Both the position numbers and the translations under genes were made by a program. From Peribolospora baueri (Eukaryota), in the NCBI GenBank assembly GCA_029717555.1, contig JAMDHS010000010.1, forward strand, positions 248,001 through 312,000: a stretch of DNA of 64,000 nucleotides, read 5' to 3'. Position 1 is the stretch's first letter. Each line of letters opens with the position of its first letter. The notes beneath the pieces are model-generated. The model saw only the letters and a list, made by a program, of their open reading frames with translations, had not been told where the DNA came from and searched no databases. This document shows, piece after piece, positions 1 to 12,948 of this stretch.

Positions 1-40
1 CCTGGCCATCCTTCGCCCTTGAGCGCTTGCCTCGCTCCCG

Positions 41-1562
41 ATGGAGCACCGCTTGCGGACCCCAGGTTGGGCCGGCTACAACCTCGCCTGGTCGCCCTTC
101 TTCGAACACCGTCTTGCCTTGGCGAGCTCGGCCAACGTGAGAGTCACAAAGGCCAGAAGACCGTCGTCCATGGATCATGATCGGCTCACGGCCTCGCTTT
201 GTTCGGTCTCCGCACACAGTACGGCCTTGTCGGCAATGGACGGTTACACATCTTGCGAGTCGGTCCGACGGGGACGCAGGTCGAAAAGACGTCAGTCCGT
301 CCAATGTCAATCCTTTGCCGGCCCCGGGTCGGGTCAGGTCAGGTCACGACGTGGACTAAACTCTTCTCTTCTTCATCTCCCTTCTCGCCTCTATCAGCTT
401 TGATACCCAGGACGGCCTATTCGACATTGCATGGAGCGAATTGCACGAGAACCAGCTCGTAACCGCTAGCGGCGACGGCTCGATCAAGTTGTGGGATATC
501 GGTCTCCATGTGAGTTGCCGCATGCATCCTCCATTTCGTCTGTCCGTCTGTCCGTCTCGCACTCTCATCACATCCATCCCTTCGTTAAATCATTCCCATC
601 GCATCCCCGTCGCTCTTGTCGCCGCTCGCTGACCAGGAGTTTCCAATTCGTAATTGGCACGAGCACAAGCGTGAGGTCTTCTCGGTCGATTGGAACAACA
701 TCAAAAAGGACCTCTTTGCGACGAGCTCGTGGGATGAGACTGTCAAATTGGTCAGTCTCGCCCTTTGCCTCCGGTCTCCGTCTTCATTCCTACGACTGAA
801 ACGCTGAATCGAACTTCCCTCCGCCTTCCCCCCTCTCATCGCCCGCCCCATCTCTAGTGGCATCCAGAACGACCAGCCTCGCTCACCACGCTACACGCGC
901 ACACCGGCTGCGTATACGCTGCCATCTTCTCTCCCCACTCCCCCGACACCATCGCCACCTGTTCCGCCGATGGAACCCTACGCCTCTTCGACCTCCGACA
1001 ACCCAACAACGTCGTCGGCCCCTCAGGCCTCGCCGCCGCCGCCGCCCCGGCGATGACCATCCAAGTCGGAGGAGAGGTGCTGTGCCTCGACTGGAACAAG
1101 TATCGGCCAATGACCGTCGCTACCGGTTCGGTAGATCGGTCGGTCAAAGTGTGGGATCTGCGCATGGTGGCCGTCGGTCCAGGAGCGTTGGCGGGCGGCG
1201 GAGGAGGCGGCGGCGGTGGGGCCACTCTGGCGGCCGCTTTGCTCGGACACGAGTACGCGGTGCGTAAAGTCGCCTGGTCTCCTCACTCCCCCTCCTTGCT
1301 CGCCAGTGCGAGCTACGACATGACGGCCCGAGTGTGGGACGTCGACGCTGCCTCCGCCTCTTCCCTCCCCGGCGCCCCCGCGTTGGGCTCGACTGGCGTC
1401 GGCGGCGCACTGAAGCACATCCACGACGCACACACCGAGTTTGTCGTCGGGCTGTCTTGGAGCTTGTACGTCGAAGGATGGCTGGCCAGCTGCGCTTGGG
1501 ACCAGCACGTCCACGTGTGGCCCGCATTGGGATCGTCACCAGCCGCGGGCCTGCGACGATGA
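41..1562 (+). CDS. PEX7: Peroxisomal PTS2 receptor (WD40), multi-exon
   Basis: Spliced peptides [21 protein letters not shown] / [12 protein letters not shown] / [22 protein letters not shown] / [14 protein letters not shown] / [10 protein letters not shown] / [14 protein letters not shown] / [16 protein letters not shown] are characteristic of Pex7; GT-AG introns separate the ORF pieces. Confidence 0.95.
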
Positions 1563-1656
1563 TTATTCATGAACTACAGCTCTGGCTGGCATACGTATGC
1601 GTTTCACGACGGGCCGACCGAGAAAAGGTATCATTCATCTTTGCATCAGCTGGTAT

Positions 1657-2848
1657 CTATCTATGTGCACGAGCGTCGAAGGGGTTGCGAAGGTTGCGAA
1701 AGATGGCCCAAAGAACGGAGAGACTGAAAACCAAAAACGCGGAAGATGCTGGAAGAGAGAGACGGACGGAGGGGAGAGGGTGAGCGTAGGCGACGGCAGG
1801 ACTGAACAGCAATAATAATACAGGCTCACCAAAAAGTGTACGTCTCCGTCGAGCCAGAGCGACGCGGACGGCCTCCTGCTTTCGCATCGTCGCTTCTAGT
1901 TCCACCATCTGGCGACGGTCGAGCAGACGAGTGGAAAGGGAGTCATTGAATGGGCGGGGCGCGCAAAGACCAGACCACCTGCAAGGCCGGACTAGCGAAT
2001 AAAAAATCGAAATCGACACTCACAGCTGCCTTGCCCCTCACCAAGATCCTACCCGCTTGCTCCAAACGGTCGACACCGACTCGAATCGACCTTTGCACGT
2101 CCAGACTGTCGGCGCGAATGGATTTGAGTCTTGTGAGCGTGTATGAGACAGTGGACTGTACCGACGACGGTGATCGGGAGGTCAACTGGGACACCTGGTG
2201 CTGTAAGGGGAAGGGCGTCATGGATGGGGGGCGAACGGGATTGAGCAAGCAGGAACAGGGTTGACCGAGTTCGGCGTCCTCGCTCACTAGCACTCGCTCG
2301 TCTAGGCCATCGATCTTTTCGAGCAGCACGCTCCACTCCAGCGCCACATGCTCGATGTTGTGCTGAGGAGAGGATGGGGTAAATGAGGGAAAATTCAGCT
2401 CTCATCCATCTTCCAGGCCCTCCTCCTCTTCTCCTCTCTCGTGCACGCCCGTCGTCACGTATAAGTCACGTAGGATTGACCGACGACCACCGTCGGGCCA
2501 AGCCGACTTTTATGACTTTTTACTCACCTCCAACCGTGCGATCCTGGTCTCGTGAGCGAGGCAGCGCTGTCTCGACTGCCTAATGAGGCTCATGATCCTC
2601 CTGTCCTCCCCGTCGTCCTCTCTTCCCATCGGCCAATCCTTGGCATCGCCGGTAACCCTCTCTCTACTACTGCTCCCCGCTCCCTCGTACCCATCCGACC
2701 CATCCTGACCACCGTCCACGACCTCCGACGCCGACGCCGCTGTCGCTGCCCGCCCCGAGCCGTCCACCCGGCCGTCCGTCTCGCCGCCGCCGCCGGCCAG
2801 CGCTCGCAGTGCGCCTTGCTGCTCGCTCGTCGTCGTTGTCGTCGTCAT
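1657..2848 (-). CDS. Hypothetical coiled-coil protein, multi-exon; 3' end uncertain
   Basis: ATG at 2848 (MTTTTTTSEQQG...RIARLE), GTGAG donor, then exons HVALEWSVLLEKIDGLDERVL, TLTRLKSIRADSLDVQRSIR and RQMVELEATMRKQEAVR; no family recognised. Confidence 0.55.
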
Positions 2849-3664
2849 GAAGAGCAAAACGTAGTAGACATTCAAGGGTGGGGCGGGAAGGAAATAAGGA
2901 AAGTGAGAGAGAGTGTGTGTGTACTGTGTGTGGCCGTTTGAACGTAAAGCGATCGGTCGCGTCCGTCCGTCAGTTCCACCGGGTCGGTCGGTGATCGACG
3001 GCAGACTTGGACGCTCATGCGGCATGCACAAGCGCAGGTTGCCGGACGCCGGGTCCATTCACTTAGTGACCATCGCGTTTCAAGGCAGAAGAAAGTTTAT
3101 TATGTTTGCTGGAGCAGTTCCTACGCTTACTTTAGCGTACGCACTCGGGGGCGGGGCGTCTAGACAAGAGAGAAAAAGAGAGCGCGAAAAGCCAAGGCCA
3201 AGAGAGGAAAGAGCGAGACAAAAGGGCAGAAATCGAGGGAAAAAGTAAAAAACCAAAATTTATCGAGGCTGGTCGTGAGAGATAAGATGCGTCACCGGGT
3301 ATACTGACGCAAAAAAGAACAAGGCCTTGGGAGTCCGAGACGAGAAGCAAGGGCGGGCGAAAAGGACGAAAAAAAATAACGGCAAGAGGAGGTCTAGAAG
3401 GCAGCAAGAAGTGGGTGGAGAAGGCGGCAAGCAAGCAAGCAAGCAAACGCGGACGCCGTGAGGAATGGAGCCAGAAAGAAGAGGCATCGACACGAGCAAG
3501 ATGTGGAGAGCCACCTCTTGGGAAGCGGACGCGCGGGGAGGGAGGGATGGAATGGGGGAAGAACCAAGCTCGAAGAGATCGAGTTGTGGGCACATCTCGC
3601 AAAAAAAAAAAAACAAGAAGAAAAAAAAAAAAAGCGACGGAGCTGCGCACTTCGCGCTCCGCAC

Positions 3665-4346
3665 TCAGTGCACGCTGCTAGCCTCGCCCAGCGACTCCTC
3701 GGTAGTCTCAACAGAAATGGTGATACCCATCCCGCCGTACCAGGACTGGCCTACCTCCGCGCGTCCCTCTTCCTGTCCTCCATCTTCTAGGTTCGGGCTC
3801 TGCCCTCCCAACGGGACGGCTGGCAATCTGACAGCGCCAGCGCCGGCGCCGGCGCCTGAACCCGCCGTCCTTCCGGCCAGACCGAGCGCGGAGAGAGGCC
3901 TGGAGCCCTCGACAGGAGGAATGATCGACGTCGCCGCCGTCCATCGCGGCTGCTCACGGCCGTAGGCGTCACGGACGAGCTTGGGCGCGTCGTGAGGGTC
4001 CGATGGGAGCGGTTGGTAGCGCTGCTGCTGCTGCGTCCGCTTGCGCGGCAACGTCGTCTTCCGGCGCGGCTCTCCGGGGACGGAGACGGGCACGGACGGA
4101 GACGGTCCTCGTCCGTCCGCGTTCTGGCTCCAGGAGACGGACGAGGTGGACGCCGTCGTGGTGGTTGTGCCTCGGCCGGTGCCGTTGGCGCTTGCGCTTG
4201 ACGCCAAGGACGGCCTCGACGCGGCGTCGTTGCCTGAGTAGGGAAGGACAGCGCTGAAATGAGCGGGCAGATTGTCCAACGGTCCTTTATCTCCCTGCGG
4301 TTTTTCCTCCTCCTCCCGGCCGTACCCTTCATCATCACCATCTTCT

Positions 4347-4442
<96 letters not shown>

Positions 4443-6771
4443 CCATCAAAGTCACCGTCATCACCCTCGTCAAACTCGTCCTCGTCGCCGCCGTCTGACT
4501 GAGAATGGTCCAAATCCATATCTCCATCGCCATCGGCACGCTCGCTGCTGGCGCTCGCGCTTCGCACGTCCCTGTCGATGAGGTAGATTTCCGACGTCGC
4601 TGGCGCCGGCGTGGTCGCCGTCGTGGTCGTGAGCCGTCGGAGCTCCAGCTCATCCTGCCACTTCGCTCGAACCGACGCGGGGAGCGAGCTCCAACGCGGG
4701 TCGTGAAGGTCCCAGTGGGACGGGTGGTCATCTTCGGCGACGTCGGTCGAAGACAAATGCGACGACATTCGCCTGGACGGGTTTGGGGATGCAGACGCCG
4801 GACTCGCGGACGAGCCCGAGCTGGTCATGCACAGAGGGTCCTGCAGCGCCCCCAGATCGTCATCTGGTCCGGGGATGGGCAGACCAGCGACGGTGCAGAG
4901 GAAGGGTACGAGAATGTCGGACAGCTCGTCCGGGTGACTGAGAGGGATAATGTGAGGCGCGCCTTCGATAGTGATCGCCTCGACGGAGCGCGCATGGGTG
5001 AAAAGTTCGACGAATTCCTGAGGCGGAGCGGGGCATGCAAGGAAGAAGGGTGCGCGTGGGTGAGTGCGGAGAGCCGTCTTTTCGAACAAGCGGGGGACTC
5101 ACTTGTGCGAGTTGCTTGCCGTCCTGAGGGAGGCCGTTGGTACCCTCGACGATGCGCACGTCGCAAGTGATTTTCGCCAAGCGCTCCTTCGTCATCGGCT
5201 CCCGCTCGTTGTGGGGCCGGAACCAGGAGTGGATGAGGTGTTCGCGCGCTTGAGGGTGGCGGAAGTAGCGCCTCACCGTTTCTTCGTGGTGCGTCTCGGC
5301 GACGCCGGGAGGAAAGTCATAGTGCCAGAGGCATCGATAGCGGACGACTGGTGGGACGAGGAAGACACAAGGTCAACCCAAGTCGCAAAAAAAAAGACGG
5401 CGAGAGCATCGTGTGCATGGGCCGGCCAAACCATCGATCCGCTTCCTTGCCCCTCCACTCACTGTAAAGGTATTCCGTAGGCACCTCGATCCGCCGCGGC
5501 TTGAGACGACCATTCGATTTCCTCTGTCTTTCCTCCTCCTCGTAAGCCTTGGCGGCCCATGCGTCGTATATCCGCATGATGTCATCATAGAGCATTTTTT
5601 TGTTGAACTCGGTCTGAAAGGGTTAGCGATACGAATCGACGGGGGTTCAGCGCGAGGCACGATCCATCATCTGACACCGAGTGTCGGCCTGATGACCTTG
5701 GCGAAACGGTGAAAAAAAAGCAAGCGAATCCACGCAGACACTCACCTCTCTCTCGCCGATGGGGCCGACGCACATCAGGCTGCCGATGTACTGGGACCAA
5801 TCGGCGGCCAAGCGCATGCAAACGAGGACTCCGGTGCCGAGGCCGAGGAGGTGAAGACGCTTTCCTCCGATGTAACGCTCGATCTGCTCGTCCAAGTCCA
5901 TGTTCTCGCTGCTCCCACCGTCGTCGGTCTCTTCTTCTATCGCATCCGAACCTCGCCGCGACATCCGGGCCCTCCTCTCGCGCTCCTTCTCGCGCCTCGC
6001 CTCTTGTCTGATGAGGGCGACCATGCCGGCGCGAAGGTCGTCGCTGGCACAGTCTAGGTCGTACAAAGTCCGCACCTTTTCCTCTCTCGTCCTCCCTCTG
6101 CCTCTGCCTTCGAGAGCGACGACGTTGAAGAGGCGGTGCAAGTGAGGGGAGAAGAGGAGAGGGAGGGAGGAGGCGTGTGCGGAGACGCCGTCGAGAAGGT
6201 GAAGGAGAAGGGTGGGTTTGGAAGGGTCGAGGACGATGGGAAAGTCGTCGGCGATCTTGTCAGGGGCCGACATGGGCGCCCACCTGTCGTTGGTGAGGCC
6301 TTGGGAGGCGGCGGCGGAGAGGGCGGAGGCGGTGACTTTGGTATTACCGGAATTGAGGTGAGGCTGCTTGAGCTCCTCCTCGGTGAAGCGCTCCAAGCCT
6401 TTGAGGGAGACGACGGAAGGGTTGGGGGACACGCCCAAAGCGGTGTCCGTGCCCGCATCTGACGTGGACGGTGTGGATGCCATCGCGGGCGTCGATGCGA
6501 GCGCCGGAGTCGACTTCACGCTTCCCTGGTCCTGCGCCGGCGGGGCGGCGGGTCGATGATGATCCAGCGGCGATGTCGCGAGAGCGGAGGATGATGAACG
6601 AGCGCGCGCGTTGGAGTCGCGGCGGAAAACGTCGCCGGTGAGGAAGCCGGAGCGGTGGTACTTGTTGCGCGCGGAGGATTGCTTGAGCGTGGCGGGGGTG
6701 GAGAAGTAGAGGGCGATCTCCCCCTCATCGCGCTGGTAGCGCTCCGAAGCGTCGAGGTCGATGTGCGGCAT
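3665..6771 (-). CDS. Alpha/beta-hydrolase-fold protein with Gly at the nucleophile elbow and a long acidic C-terminal tail
   Basis: MPHIDL start; KPTLLLHLLDG, FNVVALEGRGRGRT, LHLLGLGTG and ITIEGAPHIIPLSHPDEL match the alpha/beta-hydrolase layout; poly-Asp tail. Confidence 0.75.
4330..4448. repeat. (CAT/GAT)n trinucleotide tract encoding poly-Asp on the minus strand
   Basis: Direct reading: about 40 triplets, CAT interrupted by CAC/CTT. Confidence 0.97.
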
Positions 6772-9700
6772 GGCGATGGAGCGGAGAGCAGGCAGGCGAG
6801 CGTGGAGCAAGGACGAAGAGGGGGGCCTTTGCAGCGCGTTGATCGCCTGCGAGTGGTTCGGGGGCCAGTGGGGAAGAGGAGGCGAAGACGAGGCGGGGGC
6901 GAGCGATTTCTATGGAGCACACAAGGCGACGGTCGAGGGGGACGGGGAGAGGGATGGAGGGATGGAGGGATGGAGGTGAAGCAATAAGGTGTGAAGTAGA
7001 AGGGAAGGATGAAATGGGATGGTGGGGCCGAAGGAGAGGAAAGAGGGCGCGGAAATTTGGCTGGCGAGGACGGAAGCTAGGCGGTCCGTCGCGGATTGCT
7101 GGTCAGTCACTCTTCGCTCGTCGCTCTCGCTTGCCGGAAGCAGTGAAGACGAGTTTGAAGTCGCCGACGGGGCCGTGGCTGGACGTCTGTCTGTGTCTGT
7201 CTGTGTCTATGGGCTAGTTAGTGATATGGCTAATGTCAGCCACGAGTGCTTCCCGAGCGAGACGGAGACGGAGACGGTAAGTACATACACTACTACACCA
7301 CTACACGGGCCACCGGGAACCCGACGGCTGGCGCGAGCGGCAGGCGAGCCGGGGGAACGGACGACTGGGAGTGGCGTTGCGTCTGCGTCTGCCGCGGCGC
7401 CAGTGGAGTGGGAGAAGGGAGACGCAAAGGCGCGCGAAGGCCGACCGAGACGAGGGGAGGCGCGAAGAGGATTGGCGCTAAGGTGGTTAGGGAGCGGAAG
7501 GAAGGAAGAAAAGGAGCGGTGGAAGGGAGTGTGGAGGGGCGCATGACAGCGAGCCGACGAGCCATCTTGTGTCGTCTGTCTATGTGTCTCTATGTGTCTG
7601 TCTCTGTCAGGCTGGTTGGTTGGTTGGTCGCTTGCTTGGCTCGCCTTGCTTCCCTCCGCTCAGCACACAGACACAGACACAGCGATGTCGTATCTACCTA
7701 TCACACACGCTCCGAGTGGCCCCTCGCTTCTCTTCTCTTCTCTTCTCCCTCTTGCTCGTCGCCGGCAAGCGGGGAACGGGCGAACGAACGAACGAACGAA
7801 CGGGCACAAATGGGGCCGACCGATCGGCGAGCGGAGCGGCGACAGCCGACGGGCCGACGACACAACATAACTGGACCCGCGATCAGACCGGGCGGCTAAC
7901 TAAACGAGGCAAGCCGGAGATGCGCGATTTGCGATGTGCGAAGAAGGACGATCTTTCGACGCTCCAACCGACGGACCGACGGACGGACGGGAAGGAGCGC
8001 CGCCAAGCGAACCGAAGCGATGCGATGCAATGCGTAGAGAAGCGACGACCCCCGTCCGTCTCTCTCCTCTTGGGCCGTCGTCGCCTCTTGCCGCACCCGC
8101 CAACGTGCCCTGTCCGACGACAGGACGCCCAACGTCGTCGCGACGTCGCAGAACGACACGCTCACACGCACACACGCACATACACAGACGCTTGATTTGA
8201 TAGCATCGATTGCCCAGCGTCCGACGTACCTGCGCTGACCAGACAGATGTGATCGCAACTCCACGCCGCATAGCGCTCTCACGCTCAAAATCGGCGACGG
8301 ACTGACTTTTCGACACTAACTCACTGTCCCTGCTCACTAGTCGACCCGCGACCCGACCCGACCGGCCGGTGCCCGTCGCCCGTCGCCCGCCCATGCACTC
8401 GCCCGCGTCGACGCGGTTGCTGCTCGCGCTAGGCCGCATCGCATCGCACCCAGTTGCAGCCGCAGCCGCAGCCGCAGCCGGCCCTGCCTGCCCGAGGTCG
8501 ACTGAAAGCGTGACGTGACGGCCGTCTAAGTTATTAGCCAGCCAGCTACTGTCGCTTATTACCACTCGCTCGCTCACCTCGTCCTCGCTCTAAACCATGT
8601 ACTGTACGTAGGCTGATGTCAGTAGCCCGCGGGATCGGATCGATGGCTACTTACTGTTTGCTGTACGGGGAAGACGCGCCTCCGTCCAACCGAGCCAGCC
8701 GCCGGTTCTTCTATCCTCCCCTCCATTCCTCCACCTCATCACACCTCACCTCGCCGCACGGCCCACGATAACTACGTTAGTGTGACGCTCGGCCTCCGTC
8801 TCGCTGTCTGTCTCATCGCACCGACTCACCCGCATCCGCCTCCGATCCCGGGCTCACCGGCGGGTGGGCGGGCAGGCAGGCGGGCCGCCGATCGTATGTG
8901 TCTGCATACACACCGCCGCCCGCTCTCCATCATATCGCCCACGCCACATCCACATCCACATCCACATCCATCACCCCGCGGCTGGACACCGGCCCGTCCA
9001 TGGATGTCCGGCCCGACCCGACCCAAGGCGAACCGGAGCGAACCGAACGAACCGGCACGCGAGGGCGAGCCAACGCCGGCCACTCCCTCCGTCCGTCCGT
9101 CGTCAGTCGCATCGCATGGCATGGTCCGGCTTTCGCTTTCTTTCAGCGAGCGACACCTCCGTGCAATGCATACCCGCGCGTGTTTTTTTTCTTTCCTCCT
9201 TCTCGATAAACACATGCCTCAGACACACGGCGCGTCCCGGCGCCCCTTTTGCTCCCCCTCCACCGCTTCAGTGTGCCCCGGGATCAATCAGAACGCGGAC
9301 AGGCTCCAAACTTAACGTGTCGCGCGCCTCCCGCCCGCTCGCCCTCCCGCCGGTGACACATATTACCCCTACTTGTCTCACCCGTCGATCCCTGGCCGTC
9401 TTTGTCTCTCCCATGTGTATCACCCCCTTGCGCACGAACAGAACAGACCGGTGCTCGAGCGTATATACGCCGCGCGTTGCGACAAACAGACAGATAGACA
9501 AGGGCCCGGTTAGTTGCGAGTTTGCGAAAAGCAAGTCGCGCAGCGCAGTGATTGCGGAAAAAAAAAAGCTTCTACTCCACCGCCGATCAACACACGTACA
9601 GTCTCGTAAAAAAGATTCCAGCTCCGCGTCCTCTTTCCTTTCTCATCCCCTTCCCCTCCTTCTTCTCCCCACCCCGGCCGTTTCCTAGTGAGCCGAGCCG

Positions 9701-10015
9701 AGCCGAAAGCCGGCTCGTGAGCTTGGGCCACCCCCTACTAGAGCGCAAAAAGCTGAGTCGAGTGACCGTCGTCCCGATACCTAGAATGCGCTCGTTGATC
9801 AGACTAACATACATCCCATTCACGCGGACGACGACCAAAACGGAAGGTCGTGATGTGATGAACCTCTTCCGCACCCGGCTCGTACGAAAAAAAAATGCGC
9901 GACTAGACTAAGTTAGACTCTTCTCTGGGATGGAACCCGCCCCCGTCCCCCGAACCCCCTGTCGTCCGTCGTCCGTCCCATCCGATGACGCTCGGGACAG
10001 ATCAACCCAATCAAA

Positions 10016-12501
10016 TCAGATGTCGTCTGGAAACTCGTCCTCGAGCCGGACAGGGATGAAGAACGTGGGATCGTCATCTCTGTCAGGGTCCGTCTCCCAA
10101 AACTCTTTTTCCTCCTCTTCCTCCCCCATTATCGCCCCCAGCTCTTCCTCCGCCCCTTTCACATTCACGCCCCCTCCCGCCCCCTCGTTCGGCGGATCTA
10201 CGGCACTGGCACTCTTCAGGGACCGACGATCCGGACCGTCACTGTTGGCGGCAGATCTCTCATGCAAGCCGAAACCGGCGCCGCCGGCTCGCCTCGTCGC
10301 CGGTCGACGACGACGACGACGTGACGACGCCGGGTCGTCGGCGTTATGGGACGTAGGCAGGACAAAGGTGATGTCCACGAGGTGCGACTCGTCCAGGTTC
10401 TGACGACGCGTCGCTAGGTCTTCGTCCTCCTGCACACCAACGGCGGCGGCGAAAAAGAATAGACATCAGTCGCCAAAGCAAAGGGGCCCACGCGTCGTCC
10501 TCGGGCGGGTGCCACTGCGAAGGAAAGAAAGCAACGACTAAGCCGCCCCGCCCACTCACCAAGTCGAACTCATCCTCCCTCTCCATGTAATCTACGTTTT
10601 CCTCCAACTCCTCGAACCCGGGCGCGTAGGCGGACCACGTCTCCGTCACGGGCGTCGTCCAGAGATAAAGGAGGCCAGAAGGAGAGATGGACATGATGAG
10701 CGGTCGAGTGGGATGCCACTTCTCTCGCCCAAGGTAACGGTAAAATGAAGGCCTTAGCAAGACGAGCTTAAAACAATAACAACACGGACGAAAACGAGAA
10801 GAAAAAGCTCACGTCCACGCCGGCCAACGGCTCTGTCGGTCCGTCCAAGATCTTGACCAGCGTACCGCCGCCTCGGTCCCAAATGTACACATTGTGCGCC
10901 GCCTTGTGGCCCGCCCCTAATTCATATCCGCGACAGATTCCAACGTCAGAAAGGGCCGAGCCGCCTGGCGTGACGATCGCAAGAACGACGACGACGACTC
11001 ACCCCCGACGACGTACTCGCCGTCCCCGCTGAAGCCGATCCCGTTCCACGGCGTCCGGTTGACGAGGTCCTGAAACTTGTGCAACAGCACCAATTCGGTC
11101 CTCTTCTTTCCATCCTCTTCATCCCCCTCACCGCCTTCGTCGGCGCCGCTCGGCGTCCCCGCTCCCCCCGGTACGGGAGCTGGAGACAAGGTCTCTGAAT
11201 CCGACGAAGACTGAGGGCGACACCGCTTTGGCCGGTCATGTCGGCGGCGAGGCACGCGAGGCGTCGACACGGCGAACACGCGCACCACGCGGTCGTTCGA
11301 GTTGGTCACCAGCGTGCGCCCCGGCCGGTCGAAGGCCACCTCGCGGATGCTGGATGAACCCGAGGCTTTTATGACGTTCTCGACCTGTATTGGAATACAG
11401 CAAAGACAAACGAGTCGTACTTTCCTCCTCTCAGCAGTCTTTCTCTTATTCAACGGGCCAGGCAGGCAATACCAGGCCTAGACGGCTTCGAAAGGAAAAT
11501 TTACCTCACGTCCAGCGACATCGAAAATGACGACTGCCCCCTTCGAGGTGCCTGCAAAGATTTTTCGACCGTCGGGACTGAAGCGAGCAATGGTGATTTG
11601 TTGCCTACGAATGTTTGCGTGCAGCGAACGATGGAGCGCGTGAGACGACCGCAGAGAGCCCTTATACGTCAAGCGATCGACCACCCACCGACGGCTTGGC
11701 CCGGCCCCCTCTTCGCCCCCTGTCTCTGTTCGTTCTGCGTCATCGATGGCCGAAAGCAAATCCCATCTTTTGCAGCAGGAGGCCAATTTTGGAGACTTCT
11801 GCAGATCCACGAGCACCGCTTGCTGCGTCTCGAGTGTCGCGAGAATAATGTTGCTATACACGTGAAAAGAACGGTACAAAGGAAACTGTGGGAGACCTGG
11901 TCGTGGTAAGAGAAAAAACAGATAAAAGAGTGTGGCTACGTACCAGTTGCGTGGATGGAAGACGGCATGGATGACTGGCGCGTCGAAGCGGACGGTTCGT
12001 ACCCGCTCGCCTGAACGCAGGTCCCAAATGACGCAATTCCAGTCGAGTGAGGCGGACAAGAGATAGCGGCTGTGTCTTGACCAGCTGATATAAAGGAAAG
12101 GAGAACGAGGCTCGCGCAAATGCACTCAGATGCCGCCATCCCTCTTCTGCGCGGACGACGACGCTACCAAAACACGTACCATACGCTGGTGATAGTTTTC
12201 ACGTGTCCCTCAAGGAGCCTCAGCAACCCACGCGTCTCAAGGTCATACACCGTCACGAGACCATCTTGTCTTCCTACAGCGACATAGTTGCCGGCGTTGA
12301 GTCCGAGCGGGTTGAAGCGCACCACAGACGCGGCGGCCTCCCAGGAGACGTCGACCCGCTCGGGGATGTCATTCGCGAACGGGTCTGTTGGTCAAAGCGC
12401 GCCGTAATGAGGACAAACAAGCCAAGACCGCACGGTCAGTAAGGGTAGGTCGTCCGAGAGGAAAGAAAGCCAGTGCACATACTCAGCAGCTGAGCGTTCA
12501 T
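10016..12501 (-). CDS. SWD1: COMPASS/Set1C WD40 subunit Swd1 (RBBP5), multi-exon
   Basis: MNAQLL / NPFANDIPE, SWSRHSRYLLSASLDWNCVIWDL, LVTNSNDRVVRVF, HKFQDLVNRTPW, WSAYAPGFEELEENVDYMEREDEFD. Confidence 0.95.
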
Positions 12502-12948
12502 GACTGCTTCCTTGCACACTATTGCGGACGATCGGAAGTTCCATCATACAATCCATCTCTGCTTGTCCGCAGTCGATCCCCCTCACGTGCTGGCGATCTA
12601 CCCACAGCTCGTGGCCGGACTCGCGGACCTACGGCCCGGCTATCGAACAGACCGCACGCACGCGCGACCGTTTTTACGGCTCTACAGATAGAGGGGGGGG
12701 TCCCCGCTCAGAAGGATCGCCTTCAGCTCGCACCCCCAAGGGGGACACTCACCTTCATCTTTCAACCGCCTGCCTTGTCGCTGACATTTGGCATTGGTAG
12801 CTCTAAAGCTCACCTTGCTATCTTGCCGATTTTCTCAAGCGGGGCTCGTTCCGCCCCTCCCTCGCTGTGACAAGAAGCACTCCCCGCTCTCTACGCTCAT
12901 TCTATCACGCTCTCAACGGAAGGACGGACCAAGGAAACGCCTACCACT

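Noticed and set aside
3787..4731. Poly-Met, poly-Ile and poly-Ser ORFs
   Set aside because: Alternative-frame readings of the GAT/CAT tract; the poly-Asp frame is the one continuous with the hydrolase.
7019..9911. Numerous Arg/Pro-rich ORFs in the long intergenic region
   Set aside because: Low-complexity shadow ORFs of GC-rich microsatellite DNA with no protein motifs.
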